A stretch of DNA of 64,000 nucleotides from Azolla caroliniana (GCA_043228905.1 JBHGNT010000004.1:6944001-7008000); one strand, 5' to 3'; numbered from the stretch's first letter, positions 36,516 to 51,501 are shown. Numbers and translations: made by a program. The notes: generated by a model from the letters alone, not told the origin.

Positions 36516-37778
36516 GAGTGAGAGTGACTCCTTTGTAACCGTCGAGCTAACAAAGAAGAACTCAAGGTAGTTTTCGTGAAGTTTCTTATTGTATACCTTA
36601 CTCATATAGTGATTTCTTGGAGTTTGTGGACTCCCCTGATTTTTCCCTTTCTAGGTTTTCCAAGTAAAATACTAGTGTCCATGTACTTTGTTCTTGTCTG
36701 TTGTTTCTCCGTTGTCTTGGCTCTTGTGTCTCTCATTTTTGTACGCGTAAATTGGTTGTGGCTGGTTACATATTTTTGTACATATTGGTTGTGGTCAACT
36801 CCAACACAAACGACAAAAGATGAACATAGAACCCCATGGACATCCCATACCCTTGAATGTAGCCTTATGTTATAACTTGGTAGTTAACTGACTTACTGAT
36901 CCAACATATGAGAGCTTTGCCTCGCCAACAAACTCAATGGCGTCTCTAAGATGCCCGGTCAAATGGGGTGACTAGTCTCCTTTAGATAGCTAAACTCCTT
37001 AGGTGCCCAAAGCACCACATGTCCTTATGTGTCTCAATACCTTACGACTTGTTCCAAGTAATAGGATAATTGTTTTTCCACTTATCCTACCCTTAAAACT
37101 ATTAAAATTAGCCTTCAAAAACAATAATAATTCTATGCATGAACAACAACCCCTTGAATTGCAAAATTTATGTAGGTCGAGAAGTAGTCTTTGACAAATT
37201 CACATCTTGGTACAACACAAAGATGACTACATCTAGAGGGGAAGATATTATCGAAGTGGATAACCAACCAAATAGAACATTTTTTAGTATGATAAGATAG
37301 TCCATTCACAAGTGGCCTACCCTCACAATGACTAGAATCGACAGAGGGAAGGGAAAAAAAATACTCGTATATGAGAAGAGCACAAAAATTATGATGAAGA
37401 GGATGCATAGTGCTACTCACACAAATCTATGAGCTCATGTACATCTCTAGGACCTAGGTACATCTCTAGATGGAGAATTCAATGCTCCTATGATGAGGAC
37501 ATTGAATATAAAGCGAACAACTATCAAAAGTCAAATGAGTAACTTTGCTACCCAATTTGAGAGAAGAATCTAGTTAACCAACTCAGGTACAATGACGATA
37601 TGTTAGAACGTTACATGAATGTGATGAAAGTGGCAGAAGTTACAAGCCTTGAAAGCTTCGCACAAGTGTTACAAGACCCTAGATGGGCAAATGCATCAAG
37701 GAGTTCCCTCGCATTTCATATGTTTTCTTTGACAAGATATCCATTCATTAGTATAAACAATTTACAAAGTTTTGATTC

Positions 37779-38800
37779 CTAAGTGATCGATGGAGGGAAC
37801 AACCATCTTGGCGACTGAAAGTGCCAAAAAGGAATGCCATTCTTCCAGGACATAAGTGGAGTAGCTTTCCACAAAGTAAGAATTTGATGACATTGAGCAC
37901 CTTTATCGTCAGAATCTCCACTTATGCAATCCCATTGACCCTTCAAAGTATAAACCATGTCCCGCAAAATATTATTTATCAATTCAGTTGGTGAGGCTCT
38001 AACTTGATGAAAAACGAGAGAACACCGAGCCTTCCAAATGTTATATATAGTAGTAGTACTCAATATCTCCCATAATGGTTTCCCCTCCTTCCCGTATCCC
38101 TAAAAACTGCATCAATACTAATGGAAGTACATAGACTCTTCGAGAGATAGTGTGAAAACCATGGTCCATAGATTCAGCATCTCAATGGAAAATAGGGCGG
38201 ACAAGCAATGTCCAAACCACCATGCCCCATGTGAATACCGATGGGGGAAAGTTGTTAACAAATATTCTAAGGGAGCGTTACCATACCAATTGGGACTCAG
38301 TGTAGTCCCATAGACTATGTTTTTGAGTTCCAGCTTGCAAATGACAATGAGCACAACTAGAGGATATGCCCATCTTATGCAACCATGTGCCAACAAGCAA
38401 GGCTTGATGCACAACTAACCATTGTACATGAAGTATTTGTCGTGACTGTTTTCCTGCCCATAGGTTAACCCAACACTTAGCAAGGAACTTCAGTGTAATA
38501 CCCTTCTGACTCTAGTATTGAAATTCAATTGGTAACACATCCAATCTATCCAACAAAATATGTCTTTGCAACTATATAGAATATTGGAAAAATTAAAGTT
38601 GTTACTAGTAAATGGATCTGTCCACTTATAATCAATTGGGTCCTATGCTAATCGGAACACAGGTTGTTTGCCCAACACGCATAACTTCCAATGTGGCCTT
38701 ATGTCCTCTATTGGCAGGTTAATATACCATTTGTGATCAACATAGCTTATTACCCTTATTTTGTGTTCCATGACATAGGGATAATCAATTACCATTTCCT
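37779..38800 (-). pseudogene. Decayed LINE (L1/Tx1-like) ORF2 3' fragment
   Basis: WEILSTTTIYNIWKARCSLVF resembles the IWxxRN-F terminal motif of plant LINE ORF2; heavily disrupted. Confidence 0.55.
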
Positions 38801-39946
38801 ATCATTGAGACAATTGATTTGTGTTATCCACATCAAAATAACAAAAGGCCTTATTCTCTAAATACCCCTTTACCGTCAAGAGTACTTCCAATCTGGGAAA
38901 AACACCTACCAATCTATGGTAAGAGCTAGTGGGTGGTATGGTGGCTCTATTCATGGCTTCCTGAATTTGATGATACATTATTTGTGCTCTATGCATCCTA
39001 GCTTGTACTTGTTTTTGTTTTTCCTAGGAGCACATTTCATATGTTTACTTGGGGGGTGTAAAAGTTAATATGCGGAAACATGTAGACAAACCGGCTCAGT
39101 CGGATAACAACAGTAAAACAAAGATGAAGGTTTAATGGAAGCTTAAAAATACACAGTACATGGGAGAGACAAAGAGAGCAGAATAGCATAAACTTAATTC
39201 AAAATAATAACAATCTATAAATACAAATGTCCTACAAAACACTTTTTATACAAGTCCTTAAAAAGACTGACATGTACTTCAATGCTCATACGAGTGACTG
39301 ACACTATCTCCAAGGAATATGCCTACGTACTATGCTTGAAACATAGGCTCCAATGGCCTACCAGTTCTCCGTTCCGGCTCTAGGTTCCGGATACCGATCT
39401 AGATCCAGTTGAGCTTGCCCCCTCAACACCGCCCCTCAAGCTCAACTTGAGGTCAGATCTCTATGTGTGTCCACTAGTCCTCTCCTCCGGCTTCTCTTGG
39501 CGTCTTCCCGTCCGGTTCCACTTTCCACAACACGTCCGGTTCCATGCACCTCGACCTTCTTGGTCGACTTGTCTGCTCATAAGGCCCATCTCAACTCCTT
39601 CGTTGTTGCGACTCCGGCATGTCTTGACCCGTTGGTTCCTCCGTGTCGGTTTGACTTTCGTTGCCTCATTCGTTTGGCCTTCAGTTGATCTGGCTTCTCT
39701 GAATCAATCACCTCTTTCAAATCGTGTGACTTTGATTTGTTCTAGCTCTTGTTTGATTTGGTTATCCCCAATTTGTCCTCAATCTTTAGGCCCTTTACCC
39801 CATCATACCACGTCGGGTCTTGGCCTTCTCCTTCCGGTCAGCTCTGTCCTTCTTGACTGTGTCGTCGTCGCCGTTTGTTACGACTTGAGTCGACTCAACG
39901 TCCTTCTTCTTCTTGTCTCCTCCTATCTCTTTGGCTCTTTGTCCAG

Positions 39947-40569
39947 TGTCGTGGAGAAAATCGTCCCTAGGAGGAAACGAGAGAAACCGTGCACGAACCG
40001 GCCCTTCCATGTGTGGGCGTGTTAATTGATAACTTGTACATAATTATGTGTAGGGTGGCTGATGTGCATATACTAGGAAATCAATGCGTATCTCTGTCCG
40101 AAGGGACAAAGAATAAAGTAAGGTGACTGTGACTGAAGGAGAGGGGTCTCTCCCCAACGACCTATATAAGAAAGAGGAGAAGGAAGAACAGGTTATAAGG
40201 CGTTAGCGAGGATGAAGTGCTGCCGGGCCGTGTACCGAGCTCTCTCTCTCCTCCTTCAGTTGTCATTCTCTACGGGTTTTGGAGATTGTTGCCTCTATTT
40301 CGTGGAAATCCCGTGTGCTTCCAGCAGAGGCTCTCCCTTCACGTTTCTGTGTTTGGCATGTGACATCTGTGTGTGTGCATGGAACCCCGAGCTAGGTTTG
40401 TCGCCGGCTTGCCGGTTTTAATCGTTTGGCATTATAATCGAATCTTCTGTTTGTCTCTCTCTCTTTCTCTGTGATTCAGTAATTGCTCTTTTTCTGTCTC
40501 TCGCGTTCCTTGGTTCAGGGCCCCCGCGGTCTCGTCTCGTTTCACATGCGAAAGCGTAGTAACATGACA
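39947..40569 (+). repeat. Solo LTR (TGTC...GACA) with perfect 4-bp TSD CCAG
   Basis: CCAG at 39943-39946 and 40570-40573; termini like the Trp-primed gypsy family. Confidence 0.85.
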
Positions 40570-40647
40570 CCAGTGCCATTACCTGTTTTCCCAGTTTCCT
40601 CCTTTCTCCCCCTCAAGTGTGGCATGTCGAGATGTTGAAGACCAAGA

Positions 40648-41356
40648 TATTGAGAAATCATTGCGGAATAGATCAGAATAAACGAACTACGCGCTAAAAT
40701 ACGAATTACAGAAATGCAAGAAAGACGAGATAAACAACTATACACAAAGATTTACGTGGAAACCCTAAACGGGGAAAACCATGGGTGAACAAAATCTTCA
40801 CTATACAAAGTGGATATACAACACTGAGAGGAATACAACACTTTGTCGAGTGTATCAGCCGCACAGGGCTCTTCGCGTCTGTTGTTACTCACACAACTAT
40901 GGCGCGGCTCACACACACTCTCTCTCTCTCACTCTCTCCTGCACACAACAACTTCTGTTTTTACTCTATTCGTCACACACATAAAGTTTGCCCTAGTTGT
41001 ATATATACTTACACAAATTTCTGGCTATTTACATGCGTAGGCCTCATGGGGTGCACACGTAGACTATTTACAAGTATAGTCACCCGAGTTGGCTATTTAC
41101 ACGATTCCGGTTTCGGCCTCGGCCGAGTCACTCATCAACTCAGCTCCTCTCTCTTTCCCATGTGGAGGGACTTGTTTCCACACATCATCATTATTATTAT
41201 TACTATAATAATAATTGTCGAATCTTCAAACAATCGACTCATTGTTTTCGACTCTTCGACTGTCGGCTTTTCGAACAGTTGGATCTTCCCTGTCATCGAT
41301 TGTCGGCTTTTCGATTAGTCGGTTCTTCCTTCCATTGGAGGGACATATTCCCAACA
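40648..41356 (-). repeat. Solo LTR inserted in the copia RNase H C-terminus
   Basis: TSD CAAGA/CAAGC; removing it restores EML-GLQHLD. Related to the LTR piece at 2236. Confidence 0.75.
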
Positions 41357-42280
41357 CAAGCATCTCTGAAAAATGTTGCAACTTATCGGTTCCGAGTGCA
41401 TTGGTGAAGATGTCGGCAATCTGCCGATCCATCTAGACGTACCAAAGGTCTACTTCACCGCTTAGGACCCACTCGCACACAAAGTGATAATGCACTTTTA
41501 TGTGCTTCGTGCGAGCATGGAAGACCAAGTTCTTGACAAGCTGCAAGCTACTCATGTTGTCATAGTAGATCGGGATCGGAGTCGGGACTTCGATCCCGAG
41601 GCCTTGCAGCAACCACCGAAACCATATGGCTTCATAGGTGGCAATGGTTGCGCCCCGATATTCGGCCTCAGTGCTTGAAAGAGCCATTGTTGGCTGTTTT
41701 TTGTTGCTCCATGCAACAGTTACGCTACCCAGAGAAAACATAAATCCAGATGTTGACCACCGATCTGACGCATCACCGGCCCAGTCATCATCTGTATATC
41801 CTACTAGCTTCTCGGTTATACCTTGTCGATATAACAATCCTCGGGCCTTAGTGCCGCTAACATACCTCAATATTCGGTGCACGCATTGAAGCTGCTCCAC
41901 GGTTGGCTTCTGCATGAATTGACTGATCACTCCAACTGGATAGCTAATGTCGGTTTGGGTGATCGTTAAATAAATAAGGCTTCCGACAATTTTTCGGAAC
42001 CGTCTCTCATTGCAGGCCGGTCTGGAGTCAGGACGAAGCTTCAAGTTCCGGTCCAAGGGTGTGGAGACTAGTCGGCAATCCATCATGTTGAACTTGTACA
42101 ACATATTCAACACATAATGTCGTTGAGAGAGCAATATGTCGGCGGGGGTATGGATCACTTCGATCCCGAGGAAGTAATGAAGGTCCCCTAGATCCTTCAT
42201 TTCGAATGCATCCGACAACTAGGACTTCACTTGGCCGATTTCAGCAAGTCCGGGTCCAGTGATGACCAGATCATCCACGT

Positions 42281-45200
42281 TGTCGTGAAGATTTTCGGGA
42301 ACGGTGTGAAAATCATGTGGAAAGGAGAAAACCGAGAAGGGGTTCACATTCACACTTCTCTCACTGTTTTCTTCTCAGTGAGTTATCCCACATATATATG
42401 CAGCTAACATGACTCTCTCTATATAAATACTCACTTATCTTACATGTATATATGACTATGTATATATACGTGTGTGTATTCATCTGAACTTCTATTTGAT
42501 TGAATCCTATTTCGGCTTTTCGACCGACTCCCCCCCACAAGGAGGGACGACCTTACATAACACAATTGACTTACCACAAAGTCAAGTCATTTCTTTAAAA
42601 AGTTGTATTTTCATCATTATACTTTTTCATTCTCATACATGAGAGCTTGCATGAGTGACATGGTTATCATGCATCACATGTAATGCATGAGCGCCAAATG
42701 GAAAACATGCATCGCATGCATTTCATGCATTACATGCATTGTATGTATGTCTTGCACCCTCACATGCATCATATGCATGGGGGCATCTAATAAAAGACTG
42801 GAGAAAAAAAGAAAGAGGGAAGGAAGGAATTAATCAAGCAAGCTATGTATTGAATTAAGAAAACAATAATAAAATCTAGTTATCTTATTGGTGACAGATC
42901 TTGTCTCTAAAAACTTGAAGTCAAGGGTTCATTCTCTATCTCAATCTCTCTCTCTCCATCTATCCATCTATCTATCTATCTTCAATACTTTCTCTCTTAC
43001 ACTGCTAAAAACATCGATTCCTTTCGGTCCAGGACCCCAGTGGTCCTGCTTCATTTCGCGAACCCGACGTGAAGAAGCAGTAGGAAGGATCAACGTGAGG
43101 ATCCACCAATACTTGGAGATGACATCCTCAAGCAATCAAGCGGGTGAGTTCGAAAGGATGATGGTAATCGTCAAACAAATGATGAGATCTCGGGACAACA
43201 ATGCGAGCGTGGAGAAGGCCATCGACCTTGTCGTGGAGATCGAGGGTCAATTTGATGGAAGGAACAAAGGGACGTGTCTCAAGCACGCCAAATCTCGAGT
43301 TTTAAGCGAGTTGTTGCCAACAACATCCAAAAACGGGTCATTGAGCTTGAGGAAGGGAAGACAACATGGACCGAGTTCGAGAAAGCAATATTAGTGGAGT
43401 TCGTGATGGAAGATTTGTCGATTATGACTCGACATGTCTTGATGAAGTGGATAGAGTAGAATAAGAAGAAGATGAATACCTCAAGGGTGTACGACGAGTT
43501 TGACCAGATGCTTAGTCATCTCCCCGACACGGACCAAGTGCTACTTGAGGAGGACAAAACTTTGTACTTCCTAAAAGCTATGGATATGAAGGATAAACGA
43601 GAACTGGGTACTCTCCTCGAAGATGACACCTAAGCGAACGGACTTGTCGCAGACTGGACTGCGGTGAAGTGAGCGTGCAATAGGCTTGACAAGTGACGTC
43701 AATGGGTTGATGACACTGACTTGGTAGGATTGAGCGGGGAGAAAACGAGACGACCAAAAGTGGCTGAGCTGCCCAAACAAAGCAACCTGGAAGAAAAGAA
43801 GATTGATGACGACATCATTGAAAAACTAACGAAGAAGTTCGAGACGGTCACGCTAGCGAACATGAATCATTGGGGCCCGAAAGGAAAAGAACCCTTTAGA
43901 TGTGTGTGGTGTGACAACATGGATCACATGAGAAGGGAGTGCGCGAGCCTTCGAGAGGCCATCCGACAAAGTATCGTATACATGGACGACAACATGATCT
44001 GCTCGAGTGAAACTCGAAGACCCCTGCGGGTGAATTTCGGAAGAGGGGGAATGAACAAAGCTACGGAAGATGCTTAGGCGATGCACTATGCTGCATCGGC
44101 CGGAATAAGAGTCGGGAAAGATAAAAATGAAGCTGCTAGAACGGGAACAAAGTTTTAGTCTTCTGTTCTCGAGTGTAAGAAGAAGGGCAAAGTTACTTTG
44201 GACGATGTAGAGCTTGCAGACTGAAGTGTTCAAAGTATCACCGGATGGTCGGATCCGGTAGATGACAACACCATACTCACGGAAGTGATGTGTGACAACC
44301 ACAAGGTGTTCGTGGATGAATGAAAAGAGAAAAAGAATGGAAGGGCAAGATAGCTCATCAAAAAGATATGAAACAAGGAGTGCGAAAAAGAAAGAAGATG
44401 CAGAAGCAAGTCGAGCTTTACAAACGGAGGATGGAGACTCAAGCCGGAAAGGGGAGTTGAGCAAACGAGTCGAAGAAACGGTTCGGCCCATGAGGGTTGA
44501 TGTCAAAGACCCCATTCGGAAGACGAGAACTATTCCTACCTATAAACTAAAGTCGGACATAGAGTAGATGACAGACCTGAAGAAGTTTCTCGAGGAACGT
44601 GTTCTTGATAGCCACGTGACCTTGCCCTTGAGGGAATTGCTCGACATTACGAAGGAGTTCCATGATACGACCGTGAACCTCGTAAAGAGAAAAAGGCAAC
44701 AATCAGACGAGGAAGAAGAGAAGCCACTAAAAGCAAAAGCGAATGCCATAACGATGGCAAGGGACGAAGTTGATGAAGATATGGTGGATAGCCACTATAC
44801 TCGGCCTCATTGGGCACGAGCGACGATAGAGACGCTAGTAAAGTTGGGAGAGAGAAAAGAGACAGTCGTAGCTTTAATAGACCATGGGTCCGAGATAAAC
44901 CTTATGCCGACTAAGGTCTACAAAAAGGGAAGATGGCCCATAAATACGAATCATGGGTGGAAGATCCGTGCGGCAATGAAAGCTACTTAAGACTTGTATG
45001 GGGCATGTCCTAATATCCCCATCACGATTGGCGATGTCGAGATAGATCAACATTCTTTTGTTCAAGATTCGGCATCCCATCTTATCATTCTTGGACAACT
45101 ATACATAACTTCGTCCCGGATGGAAACGAAAGTGTTTGTCAATGATGTGGCATTTGCTCGAGTAAGGAGTCTTGATGGGAAGAAAGCTGTACAGTTCTTG

Positions 45201-46640
45201 ACTGTATGTGCCAACCACGAAAGGAATCGGGATTGTCTCGGAGAAGATGCTTCAGATTTTTAGGGCAGGCTATTTGCGAGCGGGGCGTGAATAGTCCAAA
45301 CAAGCGTATGCCCCAAGAAGAAAGAAAAGTTCACGAATTTGCGAAAGGAGGGTTGTGTGTGGCCCCCAATGGAGTGTGCAAAATCAGCACATTTGATAAA
45401 GAAGAGAAGTTTCGGATGCAAAGCTTCAAGGAAGCTTTAAGAGAAGAAAAAATATTGGAAAGTGATGAAAGCATCGAATGGGTAATGGAGGAAGCCTCAT
45501 TTAACGACACCATTGGCGAAATGGAGAATGTCGTGGACTTGAGCCCTCATAGCCAACGATCAATACAAATAAACTCCATCAACATGTACGTTGCCATCGA
45601 CGAGTATAGTCGAAGTATCATGGCAGAGAAAGTCGAAGTCAATACGAAATACAAGACGGTGAACAAGAAACTAAAACCTGTTGCTATTCTGTTGCCTAAG
45701 AATGGCTGGCTAAGAATGAAGGTGTGTGGGATCCAAGCTTACGGGATCCGAGAGGAATCAGACATGCCTTCATTAAAGAGAAAAGAGAAAAGCTTCGTGT
45801 TGGGAAAGATGAATTTCTCTTGCCAGAAAAGGAAGTCGCATTTCGGGAAATGCTTGAAAGACATGGGAAAGCATTTGCTTTCTATCTGAATGAAATCGGA
45901 TGTGTTGATCTGAAGATAATAGAACCGATGGTGATATTCATAATACCACATGTGCCGTGGAACCTAAAACCGATATTAGTCCGAAGACCACACATTCCAA
46001 AATTAATCAAGCTCTTGAAAGAGAAGGTCGAGCTGGGAATTCTGGAGCTATCAAATGTTCCTTACTCGAATAGGTGGTTCACGATACCAAAGAAGAATGC
46101 AACCTTAAAGGTTCATACAAGATCTTCAACCAGTAAATAAAGTGACAATCCGCAATGTTGGGATCGGTCCAAGTATTGATGAGTTCGCAAAAGCATTTGC
46201 GGGAAGGTCCATTTATTCTATTGGTGATCTCTACTCAAACTACGATCAATTTCAACTAGCAGTCGACAGTAGAGACATCACAACAATGAGGACTCCGATT
46301 GGATTGGTACGAATGTGCACCCTACCTCAAGGCGCAACCAACTCTGTAGCACACATCGTAAATGCCATGAACAAAGTACTAAGAGACTACATCCCAAATA
46401 TTACAATGCCTTTCCTCGATGATATCACTATAAAAGGGTGGCCTGAATCAGAAAAGGACGAGTCTTTAGATCCAGATGGATGTCAAAGATTTGTTTCAAA
46501 CCATATTGAAGACTATGAGAGAGTGCTACAAAGACTAGAAGGAGTTGGGCTTAAATTTTCCAGAGAAAAGTCGGCATTTGGCCAACGCGAGGTCCTAGTA
46601 GTGGCACATCTTTGTGAACCATACGGACGGAAAGCCTCTC
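42281..46640 (+). mobile_element. Truncated, decayed relative of the Trp-primed gypsy (5' LTR, gag, PR, RT)
   Basis: Starts TGTCGTGAAG; degenerate PBS GAACCCGACGTGA near 43060. ORFs with CVWCDNMDH, LIDHGSEINL, DLYSNYDQ, LPQG and FLDD match 2915-9921. Confidence 0.88.
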
Positions 46641-46691
46641 CTGAGAAGAGCTTGAGGGGGAGTGTTGAGATACAAGCTCAACATTGGGTGC

Positions 46692-49600
46692 GGTTGAGAG
46701 ATCAAGCTCAACTTAGTTTAGTTAGTTAGTCAACACATGTAACTTAGTAGTTACCTAGATAGAATCTAGTTAGTGTATTGACCATAAAGCCTTAAATAGG
46801 ATTTTGTACTCGAGTGGGATACATTGTAGATCCACCACTCCATGCTCATCTAATATAGGACTTACACGTTGTACCTATATTCTCCTAGCACATGTGCACC
46901 CTTGCACATGAACCTATATATACCTCATTGAAGGTATTTTTGTATTTGATGATAGTTGATGATATTTACCTTTTAATATACTTTATCATCCCACATCTTG
47001 TTTTTGTGTTCATAAGTGTACTTCTCTCTCTCTTCCTCTCACGCACACATACACACACATATCACTTAATCTTCTGCTACGCAATCACATAATTAGGTAA
47101 TAATTATTCCTTAATTAATTACCTAATCCTTAACATGGTATCAAAGCGTGTGGTTTAGAAAATCCACTAAGCCCACCCGACTCCGTGATTGTGTGTTCAA
47201 AACGCCAATGACAAATTCTGGCCATCCGCTACCGTAGTGCCACTACGTAGCACAAGTACGTGATCGAAGAAAGAAGAGCCAAAAAGGAAGACACAAAACA
47301 ACATGAACACACAAATGGGTAGCTCGCTCCCTAGCGAAAAGCTAGACCGGAGCAATCATTCATCTTGGGAGTACAAGATGACCCAATACCTCATCGGCCA
47401 AGGGTATTGGAGCTACATCAACAACGCACTCGAGAACAAGCCCGACAACACAAACGCCAACTACCCAACGTGGGAGCAAGGAGCGAGTCGGGTAATGTAT
47501 TGCTTGGCAACATGTGTCCACGACCATATGCTTAGCTACATTCGAGATGCCAAGACGCCTAAAGAGGCGTGGGAGAACTTAAAGAAAATGTTCGCCGCCA
47601 ACACAACTGCCCGCAAACTTCAACTCCGGCAAGAGTTGAATAACATTTGGCAAAAAGACATGTTTGTGTCGGACTACACCACCAAAATCAAGAGCATTTG
47701 TCACTCGCTTGGCTCCATCAACATAAATGTCGACGAAGACGAGATGGTTCAAGTATGCTTGGGTGGCCTCACACAACGATTTGATCCACTACGGACAGTA
47801 ATCTTGGCGAGAGATAACCCTCCTTCATTCTTCAACCTCCAATCGATGTTATTGGTCGAAGAAAACCACGTCCGAACCAAAAGCAAGGCACCGGAAGGAC
47901 AAATGTTCTTCTCGAATTCGGACGGTGGTCATGGAAGAGGTCGTGGCGGTAGAAGAGGAAGCCATCGAGGAACCTTCAAAAGAAGGGGGAGCTTCCAACC
48001 CGAACAAGGTCGGCAAACGAGGCCCGCAACTTGCAATTATTGCGGCAAAATCGGCCACTATGAGGCGGAGTGTCGGAAGAAAAGAAGCGAGTCGGTGTCG
48101 ACAAGACAACAACTCACAAACTACGCCAACAACTCCGAATACGATGATTACGGAGGACTATTCGTAATGAGGCATAGAGCGAACTCTATGACGGCCTCCA
48201 ACTCCACAAGCGCCTACAACTCGGAAGATGTGTGGCTCGTTGATTCTGGCGCCTCACATCACATGACATCTCACGAACAGTGGTTTCGTGATTTACGAAC
48301 GCCGGATTTACCAATGGCTTCATAGAGACGAGAGATGACACCACGCACCCCATTCGGCACATCGGCAATGTCCCATTTGGGAAAGAAGGCGAGCAAACTT
48401 GCATAAAGAATGTCTTGCACGTGCCCACAATAACGAAGAATTTGGTCTCGGTCGGCTAAATCGTGGAGCAAGGCATGCAAGTCCGCTTCAACAACGAAGG
48501 TTGTTTCATTGAGAAAGATGGCCGACTCATAGCGAAGGGGCGGAGAGACGGCCGAATGTTCATCCTCGATTCAAACGAGGTGAAATCGGCAATGTACGCT
48601 AAAGGTCTCAAAAACGAGACGAACATTGAGTTGTGGCACAAAAGAATCGGCCACATGAACCTCCAACGGCTCCGAGCAATGCAAACAAAGGGAGTTGTCA
48701 TCGGACTTCCGACATTCGAGTCGAAACGAGTCGACCGAGTATGTGAAGCGTGTCAACTCAGCAAACAACATCGACTCCCATTCCCAAAGGAGAGCTCCGC
48801 AAGAAAAGGCCTCCTCAACGTCATACACTCGGATGTATGGGGACCAGCTCAAACGTCGATGATCGGAGGATGCCGATACTACGTAACCTTCATCGACGAC
48901 TACTCACGCTACGCGTGGCTCTACCCGATGAAGAAGAAGAGCGAAGTGTTCTCCCACTTCCAAAAGCTCAAGGGGCAAGTCGAAAAAGAAACCAGTCGGC
49001 ACATTCGATGCCTACGATCGGATGGAGGAAAGGAGTACTTCTCCGACGAGTTCACCTCCTACCTCCAAAGTGAAGGCATTCGGAGAGAATTCTCATGCCG
49101 ACACACACCCCAACAAAATGGATTCGCCAAAAGGAAAAATCGGCAAATACTCGAGGTAGCATGTGCCATGATGCATGAGAAGCACATGCCGAATTTCTAT
49201 TGGGCCAAAGCGGCATCCACGGCCGTCTATCTCATGAACCGGTGCACCACCAATGGATTCCATGAGCTAACTCCATACGAGCTCCTCGTCGGAAGGAAGC
49301 TGATCCTGTCGCACCTCAAGGTGTTCGGAAGCATTGCGAATGTACACATCCCGAATGAACAACGACAGAAGCCCGACGCGAAGTCAGAGGAATGTATCCT
49401 CATAGGATACTCGTCCGAGAAGAAGGCGTACAAGTGTTACAAACCTTCTATTTGAGCGGTTCGGGTAAGTCGAGATGTAGTCTTCGACAAGTTCGCATCG
49501 TGGTGCGTACCAAAGGCAACTTCGACTCCGACTTCAGTCGACCCGGAATCTGCTGAACAAGAGGTAGAAGTTGGAGATCGCTTCGAACATATGTTCGAAG

Positions 49601-50373
49601 AAAGTCCAATTACGACCGAGGTTAGTGGGCCACAAGAGCCCCCACGCGACCCAAGCACGTCGCGGCCAAGTACGAACTTGGACAAAGGCAAAGGTAAGAT
49701 GCCCGAATACGAAGTCGATCACCCTAACAACAATGATTCAGATGGATCAACTCCCTCACTAGATAGTGAGTTCGGTGTACCCATCATGCGTACACCCGCA
49801 GTAAAGAAGGAGCTCACATCAGCAAGCGAAAAACTTCGATGCTCTTCTAGAGAGAAGAATCTCGTTGCTCGGCTCGGCTACAACGAGTATATGGCCCATC
49901 ATTACGCCTTCGCGATGAAGGTAGCGGCCGAACAAGAGCCCAAGAGCTCCACCGAAGCGGCTCGTAACCCACGATGGGTGGAAGTAGTCGACCTTCGCCC
50001 ACACACTACAAGCCTTCGTCACCGGCTTGAGGGGGAGGACTCGAGATTGCCATGGCGAACAAAGCCGAAGGCCAGACAGAAGCCACACAAAAGCCGACAT
50101 CGAAAGTCGGACAACGCCGAAAACAACGCCGGATTTCGGACGCATCACACTTGAGCTTGAGGGGGCATGTTGAGAGATCAAGCTCAACTTAGTTTAGTTA
50201 GTTAGTCAACACATGTAACTTAGTAGTTACCTAGATAGAACCTAGTTAGTGTATTGACCATAAAGCCTTAAATAGGATTTTGTACTCGAGTGGGATACAT
50301 TGTAGATCCACCACTCCATGCTCATTTAATATAGGACTTACACATTGTACCTATATTCTCCTAGCACATGTGC
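46692..50373 (+). mobile_element. copia derivative with gag-PR-IN but no RT/RNase H; 5' LTR 46692-47135, truncated 3' LTR 50168-50373
   Basis: Near-identical LTR segments; PBS TGGTATCAAAGC at 47136; ORFs 47303-48325 and 48463-49455; PPT before 50168. Confidence 0.9.
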
Positions 50374-50419
50374 TTCCTTTCAACTTCTATGTTGCTTGTT
50401 GCTCCTGGAATGCAAGTCG

Positions 50420-50818
50420 CTCTAATACCACTTGTTGTTGTTGGATATGCGCCGAATTGTATGTGTATGTGTGTGTGTGTGTGTGTGTGTGAGGACCTAT
50501 CGTATGTGTTCAACAAACTACACCGAATAGAGGCAAGAAGATGTAATAGAAGATAGACACAGTTTAAGCTTTAATGGATACTCTCTTATTACACTCGTTC
50601 TCTCTCTCTCTCTCTCTCTCTGACTCAATTTACAAGATGAACAAGAGGTCTCCTTTTACAATGTTAGGTTATTGCTTATATACTAAGCCTTAACTCTTTG
50701 GACGAGTTCACACTAGGATACAAATTGGAAGGAGTCTTCTTTTATGCCAACAAGATCAAGCTACCAATCACTCTAATACCATGTAACAAATCGAATATGA
50801 TTCTATGCAGCGGAAGAG

Positions 50819-50850
<32 letters not shown>

Positions 50851-50851
50851 A

Positions 50852-50917
<66 letters not shown>

Positions 50918-51000
50918 ATACAGAAAACAAGCAAACTGTATTAACAATAATAAGACAACCAACCACATACGAGGAGAAATGTGCTTATGTAATCAGGTGG
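50420..51000 (-). repeat. Two orphan 5'-LTR/PBS-Met remnants with (TG)n/(GA)n tracts
   Basis: Reverse-strand PBS CTCTAATACCA at ~50420 and ~50771, each followed by a TG-starting LTR-like sequence. Confidence 0.5.
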
Positions 51001-51501
51001 AGACTTAACTACACTAAATATGTATCATAGAACTTTAAGGCTCTATGATACACTAGTTACTATATTTCGGAGGTGGGGTGTTCACACAATTGAATATACT
51101 AAGGTGTGTTCCAACACTAGGGAAGTTGAGTTCGATTCTCAACAAGAGAAAACCAAAACTCACCCGATTGAAGAGATCGAAGATGAAGAAGACTATGAGG
51201 TCTACAATGCGTGTTGAGTATGTGTATGCCGACAACACTCGATTCCTACTTTCAATCGTTGCATCTAGTATAGACCACCAAATTAAACTTGTTATATCTC
51301 TTTACGAAGCTCTAACCGAGGGCTTTCCAACACTTGTCTTTGTGCCCAATTTTATTGCCGATAGAGAACGCATCAACAAAAACAAATTCACTTCTTCTTC
51401 TTCCCCTCTCCACTCTTGCTTTTTCTTTCTTTCTTTGTCTCTCTCTTCGTAAGTAATGACATTCATTACGAAAGAATAAAACACTACTATGACTAACTTA
51501 C

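Larger units (their letters stand above)
39057..42280 (-). mobile_element. 3' part of a copia element (RT-RNaseH, 3' spacer, PPT, 3' LTR 39057-39428), carrying two solo LTRs and cut at YVDD
   Basis: ORF 41433-42218 (FEMKDLG, VGSLIYL, GYTDDDWAG, EAEY); C-terminus ...FSEML|GLQHLDMPHLRG; PPT at 39429-39440. Confidence 0.88.
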
